Origin: Octopus sinensis
Lineage: Eukaryota
Direction of reading: 5' to 3'
Assembly (NCBI RefSeq): GCF_006345805.1
Contig: NC_043015.1
Location: forward strand, 2,418,001 to 2,482,000
Length of the DNA: 64,000 nucleotides
Shown here: positions 1-14,749 of the stretch, one piece after another
Layout: each line of letters opens with the position of its first letter
How positions within the stretch are numbered: position 1 is the stretch's first letter
Notes under the pieces: generated by a model
Told to the model about the DNA's origin: nothing
Databases searched by the model: none
What the model saw: only the letters and a program-made list of their open reading frames with translations
Translations under genes and position numbers: made by a program

Positions 1-266
1 GCTGTGCTATTTGAAGCAAATATAATGAAGTCATAGTGGAGAATTTGTTTTCTATCATACTTAGTTACGTCGAGATGTCAAAGTGCTTTGCACGCTGGAC
101 AAGATCTTTGCCGGTATTTCGTCCGTTCAGATTCCATCTAGTTTGATTTTGTATTTCATCCATTCGGAACAACAAGGGTGAATAAATTATTGATTAATTA
201 GTTATTTTTTATCAAATCTTTTAAAAAATTTAGATTAAAAAAAAATATGGGAACTTACTTGCCAAC

Positions 267-337
267 CTAATATATATATCTATATATATGCATGCATATA
301 TTTATAGTTATACGCACACATACACACACACACACAC

Positions 338-387
<50 letters not shown>

Positions 388-505
388 CATACTATACATA
401 CATATGTATACATATATATATAAATAAATATATATATAATATATATACATACTATACATACATATGTATACATATATATATAAATAAATAAATAAATATA
501 TATAT

Positions 506-571
<66 letters not shown>

Positions 572-640
572 ATATATATATACATGTATTCACAGACACG
601 CGTGAGCATAGAAACATAAAAACACAAACACACAAACACT
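267..640. repeat. Compound (TA)n/(CA)n microsatellite with internal 60-bp duplication
   Basis: Direct reading; block atatatacatactatacatacatatgtatacatatatatataaataaata occurs at 381 and 441. Confidence 0.95.
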
Positions 641-1793
641 CACAAATTTTTTTCTAAACATTTTATAACCAGTGACTTTGTAGATTACAATATTGTGATA
701 AATATTTATTCCATGAATTACAATTTAACGCTGATTGGCAAATTGGCAACATACTGTCTTGTGGATATTGTAATCGATTCAATGTGTACGTCCATGAGAC
801 AAATGGTTTTTCCATAGAGAAGACACACACTGAAGAAGATGTCTGACATACTTTTTAGTTTCATTGAAGAATGTAATGTATATCCGGATGCCAGTCTTGT
901 CTGGGGTCATTCACTCTGATTCTATACGTCGCTGTAGCTTAAAGTTTGATATTGTTTAAGAGACATCACTTTATATATTTTTTCTATGAAAATACAGTGT
1001 CTTATAATATAAACGCAGTCAATACAAGAATACAAATGGTGAAAACCGATTTTATCTTTATGAAATAGATATAGAAATAACGGGTTTTGTTATTTATAAA
1101 CATCAGGCACTATGTCCTGGCAATGATAGACTTTTCGCTTCCTTCTCTTGGTTCCCCAAGTTTAACAAAATTAATGCAACTGAAAACAGGGTATCATATT
1201 CCTTCTATTTTTAAATGAAGATCTAATGTCCTATCCCGATATGATGTTATGAAATACATATTCCTTGGCGGTATTATTTCTATTGATTCATTACTCACCA
1301 AATGTTGGATTAGAGTCGATTGTAGAGGGGTATCCTGGCGAGGTATTAATTACAATTGATATCTATCCCTTTTGCAAACACTACCGAAAAGAATTCCACT
1401 GAAGGAAGCTAAATGTCTATGAATATGTATCTGTTTATTTAGGTTTTTACGCGTTCATTAGGTAGTCTGGTAATGAATGATTCTCCGTCGACTGCCTTTG
1501 CGGCTAGGAACAATCTGGATTATATTATAGAAATTGGTGTTCAACAATTATCTCTGTAGAAGAAGTAGAGGTAAACAGTTATTGATGAATTTGATAAAAA
1601 TGAAGTCGGACGTTTAAAAACTATAAGGAAGATACAGTGATAGTCGTTGTGGTTGCAATTTTTTTATTACGTTTAATTTGTTATATTCATTTCATCGCAT
1701 AGTCATTTCTAATCAGTTACTGTAATGAAAATGTAATAAACTGAAAATGTATAACCTACATCCTGCTAGCATAGGAATAAATATTATAACCAT

Positions 1794-2240
1794 TGGCACA
1801 TGCGTGGCGCCTTGGTAAGATTGTTGCTATTCAGCTACATAGCTCTGATTCTTTTCCATTGAGTAGAATATTGCGCGGGTGTCTTCAACGATGACAGCGG
1901 TCGACCAGTCTTGTGGGAGTATTTGGGGGAAGAAATTTAGGCGTAGCATATTGTGCGTGTGTAAGTATGTTTGTCTGTGTGTATGTGTGCATTTGAATGT
2001 GTATGTGTGTGTGTATGTGTGTGTGTGTGTGTGTGTGGTTCCGTGCCTGTATAGTATGGTTTGAATGCGCGTGTTCATGATTGTCTTCCAACCACCTATT
2101 TTTATTGTCTTTATGTCACCCTAGTTTCATGGATTTGCAAAATATACCAATGGAATAACAGCCAGAGTTACAAATAAGGAATGGGTTCGACTAAACACTT
2201 GAAAACGTCGCATCGTACCAGCAAGGTCGAAATCTAAAAT
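1794..2240 (+). mobile_element. Highly diverged copy of tRNA-headed SINE family A
   Basis: Head gcgtggcgccttggtaag, gtgtcttc..cggtcgaccagtcttgtgggagtatttgg, internal (TG)n; collinear with the well-preserved copy at 55853. Confidence 0.6.
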
Positions 2241-2431
2241 AAAATCATAGAAAACTATAGGAAAGCAGATAGTACATTTTGTGGTGCAGCAGGATAAACT
2301 CAAAAATAAACCTAAAGAGAGGTCAATGAGATAAAATTCAAATTAAAATACAATGCTGATGAAAGTAAAAACAGAAGTAAAGACGGCACTGAGTATATGG
2401 CCTGCTGATAGTGGAATATGCATTCGAAAAT

Positions 2432-2840
2432 AAAGCATCGTGCTGGAAGAATCTTTAGCACACAGTATTACCTAACGGTATTTCGTCTACCGCTACGTTC
2501 TGAGTTCAAATTCCGCCGAGGTTGACTTTGCCTTTCATTATTTCGGGGTCGATTAAATAAGTACCAGTTACGCACTGGGGTCGATATGATCGACTTAATC
2601 CGTTTGTCTGTCCTTGTTTGTCCTCTCTGTGTTTAGCCTCTTGTGGGTAGTAAAGAAATAGTTATTTCGTCTGCCGTCACGTTCTGAGTTCAATTTACGT
2701 CAAGGTCGATTTTTGCCTTTCCTTCTTTCGGGGTCAATGAAAGAGGTACCAGTTGTGCACTGGGATCGAGGTAATCGTCTTAATCTCTTTGTTCTTGTTT
2801 GTCCCCTCTATATTTAGCTACCTGTCGGTAATTAAGAAAT
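2432..2840 (+). mobile_element. SINE family B with two tandem ~183-bp body units
   Basis: tatttcgtct..acgttctgagttcaaattccgccgaggttgactttgcctttc..cggggtcga..aagtaccagtt repeated at ~2479 and ~2662; B-box-like gagttcaaattcc; matches copies at 35282 and 58780. Confidence 0.9.
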
Positions 2841-3873
2841 ACATATAACGCTAAAAATAACCATTCTCCCGAGACCTAGAAAGAAGAACAAAAAGCCAAT
2901 GTGAATATGAAACCAAAAAACGTAATTCTTCACAAAATGAAACCCAACGTCTCTGAATACATAATATCTTACTGCGTAAGACATACGCGTTTGGTAAACT
3001 TGCAAGAAATACGGAGATCCATACATCGCACTAATATCAAAGTTATGAAAATCAAGAAACTATCTCGCCATTGATTATGTATTTGATTAATATAAGGTTG
3101 ACTTTGGGCTAAATACCTATTGCCATAACAACTATATCAGCGGATACATTAACTAACAGACGTTATTTCATTTCAGCACGCGACTATGTTGAATTACAGA
3201 ATATCGAAGCGCGAAAGTGGAAAACAGAATTATATATACACAGGCTATAATAATATTTCTGACTGTACTACAGTTCTTGAGAATAACTGCTGAACAATCA
3301 AATGGCAACCATTATTGTAAAGATTGCGAGGAAATATTAATGGAATAATAAAAATAGAATACGTAAAATTGAATAGCCGAAAGGACAATTAAATACTGCA
3401 AAACTGGTTTTAGCTTTTTCAATAAGAGTTATGCTTTCAAAATGTTATATACAATAAGTTGTACTCACACATCTACGCATTCATTCATGCGTAGACTCAG
3501 ACATAAATACGACAATCTCCCTAAAGACACTACACTTTCGCACAGAGACACACAGGTACACACCCATACAAATACTTGTAGATATAGATAATACATCAAA
3601 TACGCATATGTATTCACACATTTGTACACACACACACACACACACAAACATATATATATATATATACATCAATCATATTTCTCTCTCATTATGTATGTAT
3701 CTTTCTCTCTGTCTATCTATCTATCCATCTATCTAAGTATATATATATATATACACATATATATATATATATATATGTCAATCATATTTCTCTCTTATTA
3801 TATATGTGTGTATCTTTCTATCTGTCTAGTTATCTATCCATCTATCTAAATATATATAATATATATACATATA

Positions 3874-3979
<106 letters not shown>

Positions 3980-4056
3980 CTGTGTATGTATGTATGTATG
4001 TATGTATCTGTGTTTATATACACGTATCTCTCTCTATCTATCCATCTAAATATATA

Positions 4057-4404
4057 TGCGGTAAGAAGATTGCTTTCCATCAACATGGTTCTCGATCCAG
4101 TCCCACTGTGTTGCACCTCAGTTAAGTGCCTTCTACTATAGTCTTGAGACGCCCTTCGCCTCATGAATTGATTTGGGGAACGGAAAATGAAAGAAGCCTG
4201 TATTTTATGTATTTACGTATATACAATTTATGTGTGCGTGTCTTTCTGTCTGCGTGTCTTCACCCACCCTCACTTGAAACCGATGTTGATGTGTTGATAT
4301 TTAGAGTAAGTACTAGGCCTACAATGAAGAAGTCCTGGGGTCCATACCTTTGACTAAAACCGCGCTCCAGCATGGAATCATTCACATGTATGAAGCTTGT
4401 AAAA
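4057..4404 (+). mobile_element. Diverged SINE family A copy
   Basis: ggtaagaag..catggttc..cagtcccactg..ttctactatagt..cggaaaatgaaagaagcctg..gctccagcatgg; collinear with 55853-56390. Confidence 0.8.
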
Positions 4405-4409
4405 TGCCC

Positions 4410-4800
<391 letters not shown>

Positions 4801-5214
4801 AAATGCCCTGAGTTGGAAAAACTTGTAATTGCTGGAAATAAATATATTTACATATATACTAAACTAGTTAACAAAATAGTTTTCGCCTAGCAATTGTAAA
4901 AAATTAGAATTATGAATTAGTAAAACATGTTCAAACATTTCGATGTTGATTAGTTTAAATGTTATGAGGGTAATTTTGTTTTAAATAAAGGTTCATTTTC
5001 AACAAGAAATTGTCTATATTGTTCCCTGCGTGGAACTTCTCCTCCTTTTTCATTTTATAAATGTCACATAGACATTTCAGGAAAACTAGACACATTAAAA
5101 AGACGATATACTTAGACTACGTGATTCTATATGTTTCGCGTTCGGTGAAAAATCGTTGATATCTTGTTATATTGTAAATAGTAATAATAACAACAGCGAT
5201 AAAACCTGAGTAAG

Positions 5215-5246
5215 TATTAATATTATTTATAACAATAATAATGTTA

Positions 5247-5309
<63 letters not shown>

Positions 5310-5370
5310 TTTATAATAATGTTAATAAAAATAGTTATAACAATAATAATAATAATAATAATAATAATAG
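5215..5370. repeat. (AAT)n microsatellite
   Basis: Direct reading. Confidence 0.95.
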
Positions 5371-6021
5371 TATCTTAATAGACAATCAAACCCAGACAGG
5401 CGAAAACCAAGTAGATTCCCTATGTAGATTATGCAGTTTAAAACGGGTAAGTCTTACTCATAGAGTACGCGAATGTATCATGCTCCCTAATACCACTGGG
5501 TCGTATACCAACTATAATGTCTGTCTACTCACTCAGTCTTACCTCTAACAGTACTACCCTCTGTTCACTCAGCCTTAGATATATAAGGGATTTCATAAAC
5601 TAGTCTATAAATTGAAACTGACCACATAAAGACAAAAACTCAGTAGCAGACAGAGTCTTCTTGATAATTTTAGTAACTTCTCTGCTTAAGTAGAGACATG
5701 TCCTTTGTTTATCTCCTTAACGTCTTGGAGATTTTAGGTATAATTACACTAATGTGTCCATCCATTCTATTTTCATTAAATTTTATATTTTTGTGCAGAT
5801 GAAGATTGCTCTACGTTTTAAATTGATGTAATAATTGCACTCTTCCAGTTAAAGGGATTTGCATGAAACGATCGTACTACATTAACTCTGGATATCGTTG
5901 TTGCTTATTTTGATTTTAATCCCCTTACTTTCAAATTGTATATATAGTACCTTATTAAATTCTGGTGCCTCAACTTAAGTACCATATTCATTGGAATCTC
6001 TCTCTCTATATATATATATGA

Positions 6022-6290
6022 TAAATCTCCGAGCGAAGTATAAACAGCATGAACTATATTCGCCACCTAAATGTGGCTAACGCTGAAGGGTTGAGGCTAA
6101 TGTAGTTTGTTGACCCAGAAAGACACATCCTCCATTTGGCTATTGACATAATTTCAGTATTTGCAAAGAGAAGTCACGTTTCCCATCTCCAGTTTGACGT
6201 GATACACACTGACCCGAGCCTCTGGCATTGACCCGTCATCAGCGTGTGACTACCAACTATAATGGGAAGGGATTCTCAATGCAAATATAT
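6022..6290. mobile_element. Penelope-LTR-like fragment, related to 39713-40010, with decayed HHR on the minus strand
   Basis: Shares tggctaac.gct.a.gggt, tgtag.tt, ctcca..tggct, atttgcaaag.ga.gtca and cccatctcc with 39740-39897; minus-strand CTGATGA at 6236-6242. Confidence 0.5.
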
Positions 6291-6545
6291 ACTCTTTACT
6301 CTTTTATTCTTTTACTTGTTTCAGCCATTTGACTGCGGCCATGCTTGAGCACCGCCTTTAATCGAGCATCTCGACTCTAGGACTTATTCTTTTGTAAGCC
6401 CAGTACTTATTCTATCGGTCTCTTTTGCCGAACCGCTAAGTAACGGGGACATAAACACACCAGCATCGGTTGTCAAGCAATGCTAAGGGGCCAAACACAG
6501 ACACACGAACACACACACACTCACATACACACACACACACACACA

Positions 6546-6600
<55 letters not shown>

Positions 6601-6753
6601 TACGACGGTTTCCGTCTACCAAATCCACTCACAAGGCTTGGTCGGCCCGAGGCTATAGTAGAAGACACGTTCCCAAGGTGCCACGCTGTGGGACTGAACC
6701 CGGAACCATGTGGTTGGTAAACAAGCTACTTACCACACTGCCACTCCTGCGCC
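6291..6753 (-). mobile_element. Near full-length SINE family A (tRNA-derived head, CORE-like middle, internal microsatellite, gagtaaaa-repeat tail)
   Basis: Minus strand ggcgcaggagtggcagtgtggtaag (A box)..ccgggttcagtccc (B box)..ccttggga; tail of actctttt repeats; near-identical to 54634 and 55853 copies. Confidence 0.95.
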
Positions 6754-6755
6754 TA

Positions 6756-6808
<53 letters not shown>

Positions 6809-6839
6809 TAATATATATTATATATATATATATATATTA

Positions 6840-6915
<76 letters not shown>

Positions 6916-9002
6916 TTTTCCAGTGATGAAATTCACCTCGCTTGTATTGGTGCAGAAAATTGATATGAATAGCCAAAATCTATATTCACGCGAAAAATAT
7001 CAGCAATTTTGAAGTTTGTGCTGCCAATATCTAACAAAATATCAGCACAAAGTAATATTGAAAGTAATAAACATTCTCTCACGGAGACACGCGCACACAT
7101 ACACACACAAATGCGCACAGAAAACACACACACACACATATCTACGAGTGTATTCAACATAATATCCTCTCAGTTTCACACACTTACTCCAACGGCCCCT
7201 GAGTCTCTCTAAACCTTGTAAATTAACTTGAAACTTCAAGCTTTCGAGCGACCTTTCCTGGTACCTTTAGAGCCAAGATATTTTCAGCGTCTACCATCCT
7301 ACACACCCATATTTATATAACATGTATACTATTAAGGTTAGTATCACTACGGTGATATTCTTGCACAAAGATATCACCAAGATGCCAAGTCTGAATAAAC
7401 ACATTAAGGATGTATCGTTAACTACGATCTTTTCCAATTTTTGCCGTCGTAGAAAATAAACGTTCCCCTCTAGTTAAAAAAATCCAACTGAAAACTACAA
7501 ATCATTTGTATACATAATACAATTTAATTTGATCGCTTATGGGGTTTAAAGATATGTATGCTGTGTAACCAAACCAAACTGTGATTCTACACTGATTTAA
7601 ACTAATGATGAAGTGTTATTTAATTATTTTTGTAACCCATGCTCGAGTGTTAATACACGTGATTAGTTACAACAGTCATCCCTGCATCAAATATTTCTGA
7701 ATTGTTCAGTGTAAGTTATAATTGAGCTAATAATGCGTTCTAACTTCACCACCCTGGGGCAGATAAGATCGTTTTATATTAAATATAGCTAGAGATTTAA
7801 TATAATACATACATATAACATAACCTTCAAAGCATGTGCTGCAGATTGATCTTAATATTGATGAATTTCTTTATAGTCTACGACGTTGCTTCTTATATAA
7901 TTCCAGGCCAGGCCGAAGGGGTTTGCAATTTTGATAATGATAAGTCTAATAGATTTGACGTGAACAATATTTGTTTGGCATGGATTTACATTGGAGCCAT
8001 TTGCAGGGATAAACACATACACCACGACATATATCAGTGTCTCACGTTCCCATCCGGTGATCAGTAAGATAAGGGGACAAAATGAGCATTAGGAAAATGA
8101 GAAAAGAATAAACAGAGATTGCTGAAATATTATGAAATTTCAGCATGATATCATATTAAGCAAATGCAACAGCCAATTCAATAATTAGTGCTTTAGCTAA
8201 TTAATCCTCTTGTATCGAAAGCAATACAGTTATTGAGTAGTTTTGAGTGACGGATTTGAAGACAAACCAGGAGTGATAAGGAACAAGTATTATCGTCTAC
8301 AGAGCAACAGCTGTATAAAATTCCAATAGAATAAGGGGTAAACCGAACAACGATTTGGTAAACAAAGAGGTTCTCACTGGAAATTACAGAACGCACATGA
8401 GGAAACACAAATGAAATGCTGCTTATAGATAAGGTTGGACAATTAATTATGAATGCGTTAAATCGACGGGATAAAAGGCAAGAAAATAAAAAGAAATCTT
8501 ATTTCTACATTTATAAGGTATATATATTAGGGGGTGAAAATTAGACAATACTGTATAAATGAATGTGAGTAACGATATATAAGAGATAAAAATCTTGGGG
8601 GAAAATATTAATCATAGAAAACTGACGGAACAAGAATGAATAATAAAGGAAGAAAGGGAAATGTACGTAGGTGGAAATTCAATTATGTTGCTTAGAAAAC
8701 TATAACAGATGATATCGATGCTCTATATAGTTGGGAATGAAGAATCGTGTGAGATATTAAAGGTAATAGACTAAAATATTTCCTAATGAAATTTAGAATT
8801 AAATCTCTAGAAAAAATAGTAAATATTCGGTGTGAAACGCCATTAAATTTAGTGTCCAAGACCTAAAAGAAAAGAAATAATGAACGAATACGAAAGTAAT
8901 AGAGTGAAAAACAGAAAGCAGTTGGATGATATATCCTGTAGTACTGCAAATGAAGTCACACAGTTAAGCGTTAAATGACATGTACCAGGTAGAATTACTA
9001 TT

Positions 9003-9236
9003 TACTCTTTTACTCTTTTACTTGTTTCAGTCATTTCACTGCGGCCATGCTGGAGCACCGCCTTTAGTCGAGCAAATCGACCCAGGGACTTAATCTTTGT
9101 AAGCCCAGTACTTATTCTATCACTCTCTTTTGCCGAACCGCTAAGTGACGGGGACGTAAACACACCAGCATAGGTTGTCAAGCAATGCTAGGGGGACAAA
9201 CACAGACACATAAACACACACACATACATACATATA

Positions 9237-9283
<47 letters not shown>

Positions 9284-9383
9284 ATATATATTTACATATA
9301 TACGACAGGCTTCTTTCTGTTTCCGTCTAACGGAACCATGCGGTTGTTTAGCAAGCTACTTACCACACAGCCACTCCTGCGCC
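9003..9383 (-). mobile_element. SINE family A copy with internal deletion in the head
   Basis: Same tail, body and head as 6291; the segment between ttccgtcta and cggaaccatg is missing. Confidence 0.95.
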
Positions 9384-10489
9384 TATATTAGTAAAATGTT
9401 TAGAGAAAATTCTAATTTTGAATATCTACACGATCTTCTCTGGTGAGTGCTGCATTTGATACTGTTGAAAGTGAGCTTAGAATGCATACTAACGATGAAT
9501 ATTTGCAGAAGTTCACGGAAAGAAGAACTTTAAGGATATTTTCAAATTATGTTAATTACAGAAGTAAAAGTGATATGCACGACATTACATCCAAACATTC
9601 TATCATATTATATTATATTCAAATGCAATTCAGATATTCTTAAAAGCATGTAAAAGCATGGGAAATTGAGGTAGAATATATGGACTAAATATGTATTATA
9701 TGTGAATACAAATTATCGGGATACAAATGCATTAAAATATTATATTATAGCAAATAATTCATATGGAAACATGCAGAAGTGATGCGATGTATGCTAAAAG
9801 ATATACGATTTTAAAGTAATATAAAAAGTATCAAAATATATAACAATTGAAAAAATATCGCATATATAACCAGATAATAATGGAACACAATCAGTACAAA
9901 AACAAAAGAAAAAACAGAAATGACGTCATCATAAAACTAGCGAGGTGTCCAAACCATGTATGTGCGAGAATTGAAACATAGTTTCTATAGAGTATAGGTG
10001 ATGAAAGGGTTGAAATGATTAATAGCCGACGAGCTACCGAAGAAAGAGCACTCAAGCATATAGCAAAATTGAAGCCACTAATTACTAATGATTACTAATG
10101 TCATTTAACCACTAGTTACTAATGCCATTTAACTTAAGGAACTTGTAGTGTTTTCTGAAGCTGCCATGTTTTGAAGAATTACGTTTAAAGTTGAAAACAG
10201 TAATATTACGTAATTGCATTGAAGTGTTACAACATGAATTTAAAAAATTGCTTTAATGAAATTTACCTAATGTCTTATCATACATTTTCTGGCACCGAAA
10301 TCTCTGTTCATATATTCACTATATTACATTTATGTTTTTTTTCTAATTTCGAGTCCCTAGATTAGGCACAGAATATGTTCTTATGTGTATTATATATTTA
10401 TAATACATTATTACATATAAATAATTAATATTAGAACTGGGTAATCTATCAAACAATAGTAATGCGCAACAGCAACGTTGTTATATGTT

Positions 10490-10596
10490 TGAGAAAACAA
10501 CAACAACAATAATGCTACTACTACTACTATTACTACTACTACTGCTGCTGCTGCTGCTACTACTACTTCTACTACTACTACTACTACTACCACCAA

Positions 10597-10648
<52 letters not shown>

Positions 10649-10658
10649 TAATAATAAT
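10490..10658. repeat. Compound trinucleotide microsatellite (CAA/CTA/CTG/AAT)
   Basis: Direct reading. Confidence 0.95.
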
Positions 10659-11212
10659 GCCCTGATGCAGTACCAGGCAGTGGCTCTCATGGCTTCTGAT
10701 CTTAACTGATTGGAAGTGTTATCATGTACATTGTTTTGTCTTGGTATAAAAGATGGGCTACAGCAAATATTCTGCTCAATACCACAGATTTGCTTGTCAG
10801 TTGTTTGACCTTAACCAGTTGAGCATATCCCTTAGTGGCTGACAATATGTGCATCTCTGATCACGAGCAGAAGTAGTGGGGGAGCATGATAGCCATGTGT
10901 TGAGAGGGATTCTTTGGGGTTTGAATAGTTCACCTCTGGAAACATGGGTGTTTCGTTCAACATCCTTAAACAACCCTTATTCAGGGACCGTTTGAGCGGG
11001 ATGGGCCACTCAACCTGAAGAAAATTCTAACTGGGCCCCACCTGCAAGGTCATGTGCTGTTTATCTTGATATGAGATCACCATGTCGCGCACATATGGTT
11101 GTGATGCATGTGCCTGGTGTACCTTTATCAGACGGGTAGTCATGATAGGTATATTGGGCTTCGTATATTTTACCCCAGTGTCACTTTGATGGCATGAACT
11201 GCTCTCTGACTC
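10659..11212. mobile_element. ~555-bp GC-richer non-coding insertion inside an (AAT)n tract
   Basis: Sharp boundaries, (AAT)n on both sides, composition differs from flanks; no ORF in the track. Confidence 0.65.
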
Positions 11213-11357
11213 AATAATAATAATAATAATTCTGTATAACTCCTGGAGGAGTTACCTTCGTCCTATATAGTCATAACCAAAAATGGAGTAGACTGACATT
11301 TAAATTTTGAACCTGCTGAAAGCTGGTTCAAATGTCTATTCTATTGTTTTAAATTTC

Positions 11358-11397
<40 letters not shown>

Positions 11398-12499
11398 TGA
11401 AGACAGATTCACGCATTTTGCTATTGCAGAATGCTATCGCTCGGAGTTGAGGCCGTATCAGAATCACCACGCCGATATTGATTTACGAATACATGCAGAG
11501 GGAAACCCTATGTTTTATTAGGTGTCCAGCGTTATATATCTGTTTATAAATTCAATATTTTTCAGCGCTGATCAAAAATCGTGAAGCAGTAAAATAGTTT
11601 GATGCATCAATGGCATCATTGTGTTAGGAGTAAGTCACGCCTGGTAGTGTCATACTCGCAATAGATGGTTGAAACATTTTGCCTCGTATCCACATAAACA
11701 CAAAATTCACTGTAACTAAGATCTACGTAGTTCTTTTAACAGCCGTAGTCAAAAACTAATGAAAGATCAAGTATGTATATATACATTTGTTTTACAACAC
11801 ATAATATTATTTAAAATCTTTTAGCTGATATTAGTAAAAATAATACCTAATCTCTCCTTCCGTAAAGAAATATTACATGAGCTGATTTTCCTTTGTGGGT
11901 GTGTGTTTATGCATGTTCTTGCTTATATGTATATTTGTATATACATATATATATTATTCAGTATTCAGTCTACATACACGTACACACTTATATATGTACG
12001 AGCAAAACGCCCCCAGTCCAATGAAGTTGTCAAACATTTAAACAAAACTTTCTCAAAACATAGGTCTCCCCTTTGAGAAACACTGATCCAACCTAAATTT
12101 GAGACGCCACCAAAAGAAGAACACACGCACACACACAGAACAGATTTTATATAATAGATATGCATTCGGATGAGTGTGTGTGTCTGTATATATTAGAAAT
12201 AAATATTCATGTGTGAATATATATACATATGTGTATGTACCTGTGTATGTACGTTTGTCTGTGAATGTGTGCATAATTATTTTCAAATATAGTAGTATAT
12301 GAAATATAAATGGAGAAAAAATGAGTTATGCCAAAAATGGGAGACAAAAACCACGAAGTGGCATTTTCACATTAAGACACGTTGTTTGTACGCGAGTAAG
12401 AGATTTGAGTGAATAAAAATCTATTTAACCTTATACCTATGAGTTTTCATATTAATGACCAAATAACTCAACTAATAAGTCCATTATTTGTTTAGTTAT

Positions 12500-12550
12500 T
12501 CATCCAGAGTATTGCGAGTGGACTTGGGGGAGGGAAACTGAAAGAAGCCC

Positions 12551-12585
<35 letters not shown>

Positions 12586-12608
12586 GTGTGTGTGTGTATG
12601 TGCGTTTG

Positions 12609-12683
<75 letters not shown>

Positions 12684-12913
12684 TTGTATGTGTGTATATA
12701 TATATATAGATATATATGTATGTGTGTGTGTGTATGTGCGTTTGCATGTGTATATATAATATATATATATGTGTGTGTGTATAATATATATATATATATA
12801 TAAATATACAAATCGATATATATATAGAGAGAGATAGAGGTATATAGATAAATAGATAGATAGAAATATAGATAGATAGATAGGTAGATAGATAGATTGA
12901 TAGATAGATATAT

Positions 12914-13009
<96 letters not shown>

Positions 13010-13032
13010 TGATAGATAGATAGATAGATAGT
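12500..13032. repeat. SINE A fragment followed by (TA)n/(TG)n and long (TAGA)n microsatellite
   Basis: gagtggacttgg..ggaaactgaaagaagcccg at ~12516-12551; (gata)n ~12850-13030. Confidence 0.85.
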
Positions 13033-14340
13033 TACGTAGGCATGACGTTATAAATAAGTTTTACGTGTAAATGTGCGTGTCTTTCACCGCGCGTGAACGA
13101 AGATGTAGACTGAAATTTAATTAAAATAATCTCTATCTTTTTACTTGATAAAATGAAGGCTAATTTTAAATGTTGATGACTAGTATTACATTGCATTAAT
13201 TTTGATGAAAAGTGCTACAATTCTTTATCTTGCAATCTTTGTCATTTACGCTTATGTTATTTTTTTCTATCTTCCTGATACATTCTTCAAATTAGTTCGA
13301 TATTTTGTACAGGCACTTGTGTATTAGAATGAAGTATACCATGTGCGTTGGGTATATATACTCAAGCATTGCTGTGTTGTAGACATAGTTAATTTTACTT
13401 TTTATTCAGAGTATTAGCGACTATACTTTTGTTGAACTATATGCCCCTTTAACTATCAAATATGGGAAGAAAATGTGTCCCTTTGCGTGGTGATTATAAT
13501 GTGCTTAAGGAAGATTTATGTGCAATATATTGAAGGTCAAAATCTGCCTAGGTACATTAACGTGCTAAATATCAAAGCATGACATTTCTAGTTAAGCTGG
13601 TGTTTGCAAAAGTGCAGCAGCTTGAAAAGAGAGCGAAGAAAATTATATTGATATTGACATAAATGTTACCATACGTATGAGAAACTTCGTTATGACAGTC
13701 GACAACGGACTTAGGATCTTTGTGTATTTGTCTGTTTCAACGCATTTACATTGCCTGAAGTTACTAATAAACAAACTAGAGCTAAATTGCATCCAAATGA
13801 ATACCAGAATGCATGTAATAACTGGAAATTGTGCTTGATTGAACAGTATTAAGATGAATGCAAACAGATTGGAGGGACGTTCACTCGGACAATTGTAGCA
13901 AATAGGAAGGCAATGCTGAGGACGAACTTGAACGAAATCCATGCTGTAGAATACGAATATCACTTACATTTATTCCAACGGCTTTCATATCACCCACTAT
14001 TATATAATCCAATTTCTCAAAGGAAACCTAACTCCATATCTCATTCTGTTTATATTATACGAAAACGTGAGTAATAATTCACTTTTGATATTGCATACAA
14101 AAAACGTCTTTAGAGGACTAATGGAATATTAATTTTGTTACTGAATCGGTGTAGCTGTCATTCCCTTTCTGTACATAACACCGCTTTGCCACCAAAATTT
14201 TATCAGGATTTGAATATCTATCATATTACTATGATTCTGGGAAATTCTGAATAGTTACAATTCCTGCTTTGAGACACAATTATTAAGTACGTCCGTCAAT
14301 GAAACTGCTTAGTCAGTTAAGGGCAACATTAATACTATCG

Positions 14341-14749
14341 TCAGAATTTATTTGATACGTATGAAGGTGAGAATATATATCATGTATATACATATATTAC
14401 ATATGTGAGAGAGGCAGAGAGAGGTAGAGAGAGTGGAAAATATAGTGGAAGAGAGCGAAGAAGAGAGAGAAATTGATTGAGAGAAAGATGGATGGATCGG
14501 TGCATTGACAGTTACGAATATTTATTAAGGTAAGTTAAAATCTTAATAGTATTGTTTAATAACTAGCTAAAGTGCCACATTATGGCATAAAGAATTCACA
14601 AAAAATTAAGAATACACGTCAACACATATTTTGCTAATTTCGCGCATTTTTCTCTCATTCACAAACGATGCGTTGATATACTCACATATGTAATATATGT
14701 ATATACATAACATATATTCTCAACTTCATGCGTATCAAATAAATTCTGA
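14341..14749. repeat. Inverted repeat, ~69-bp arms, ~270-bp spacer
   Basis: 14341-14409 is the reverse complement of 14681-14749 with few mismatches. Confidence 0.9.

Noticed and set aside
13643-13963. 106-aa non-repetitive ORF on the minus strand
   Set aside because: No recognisable domain or convincing exon structure
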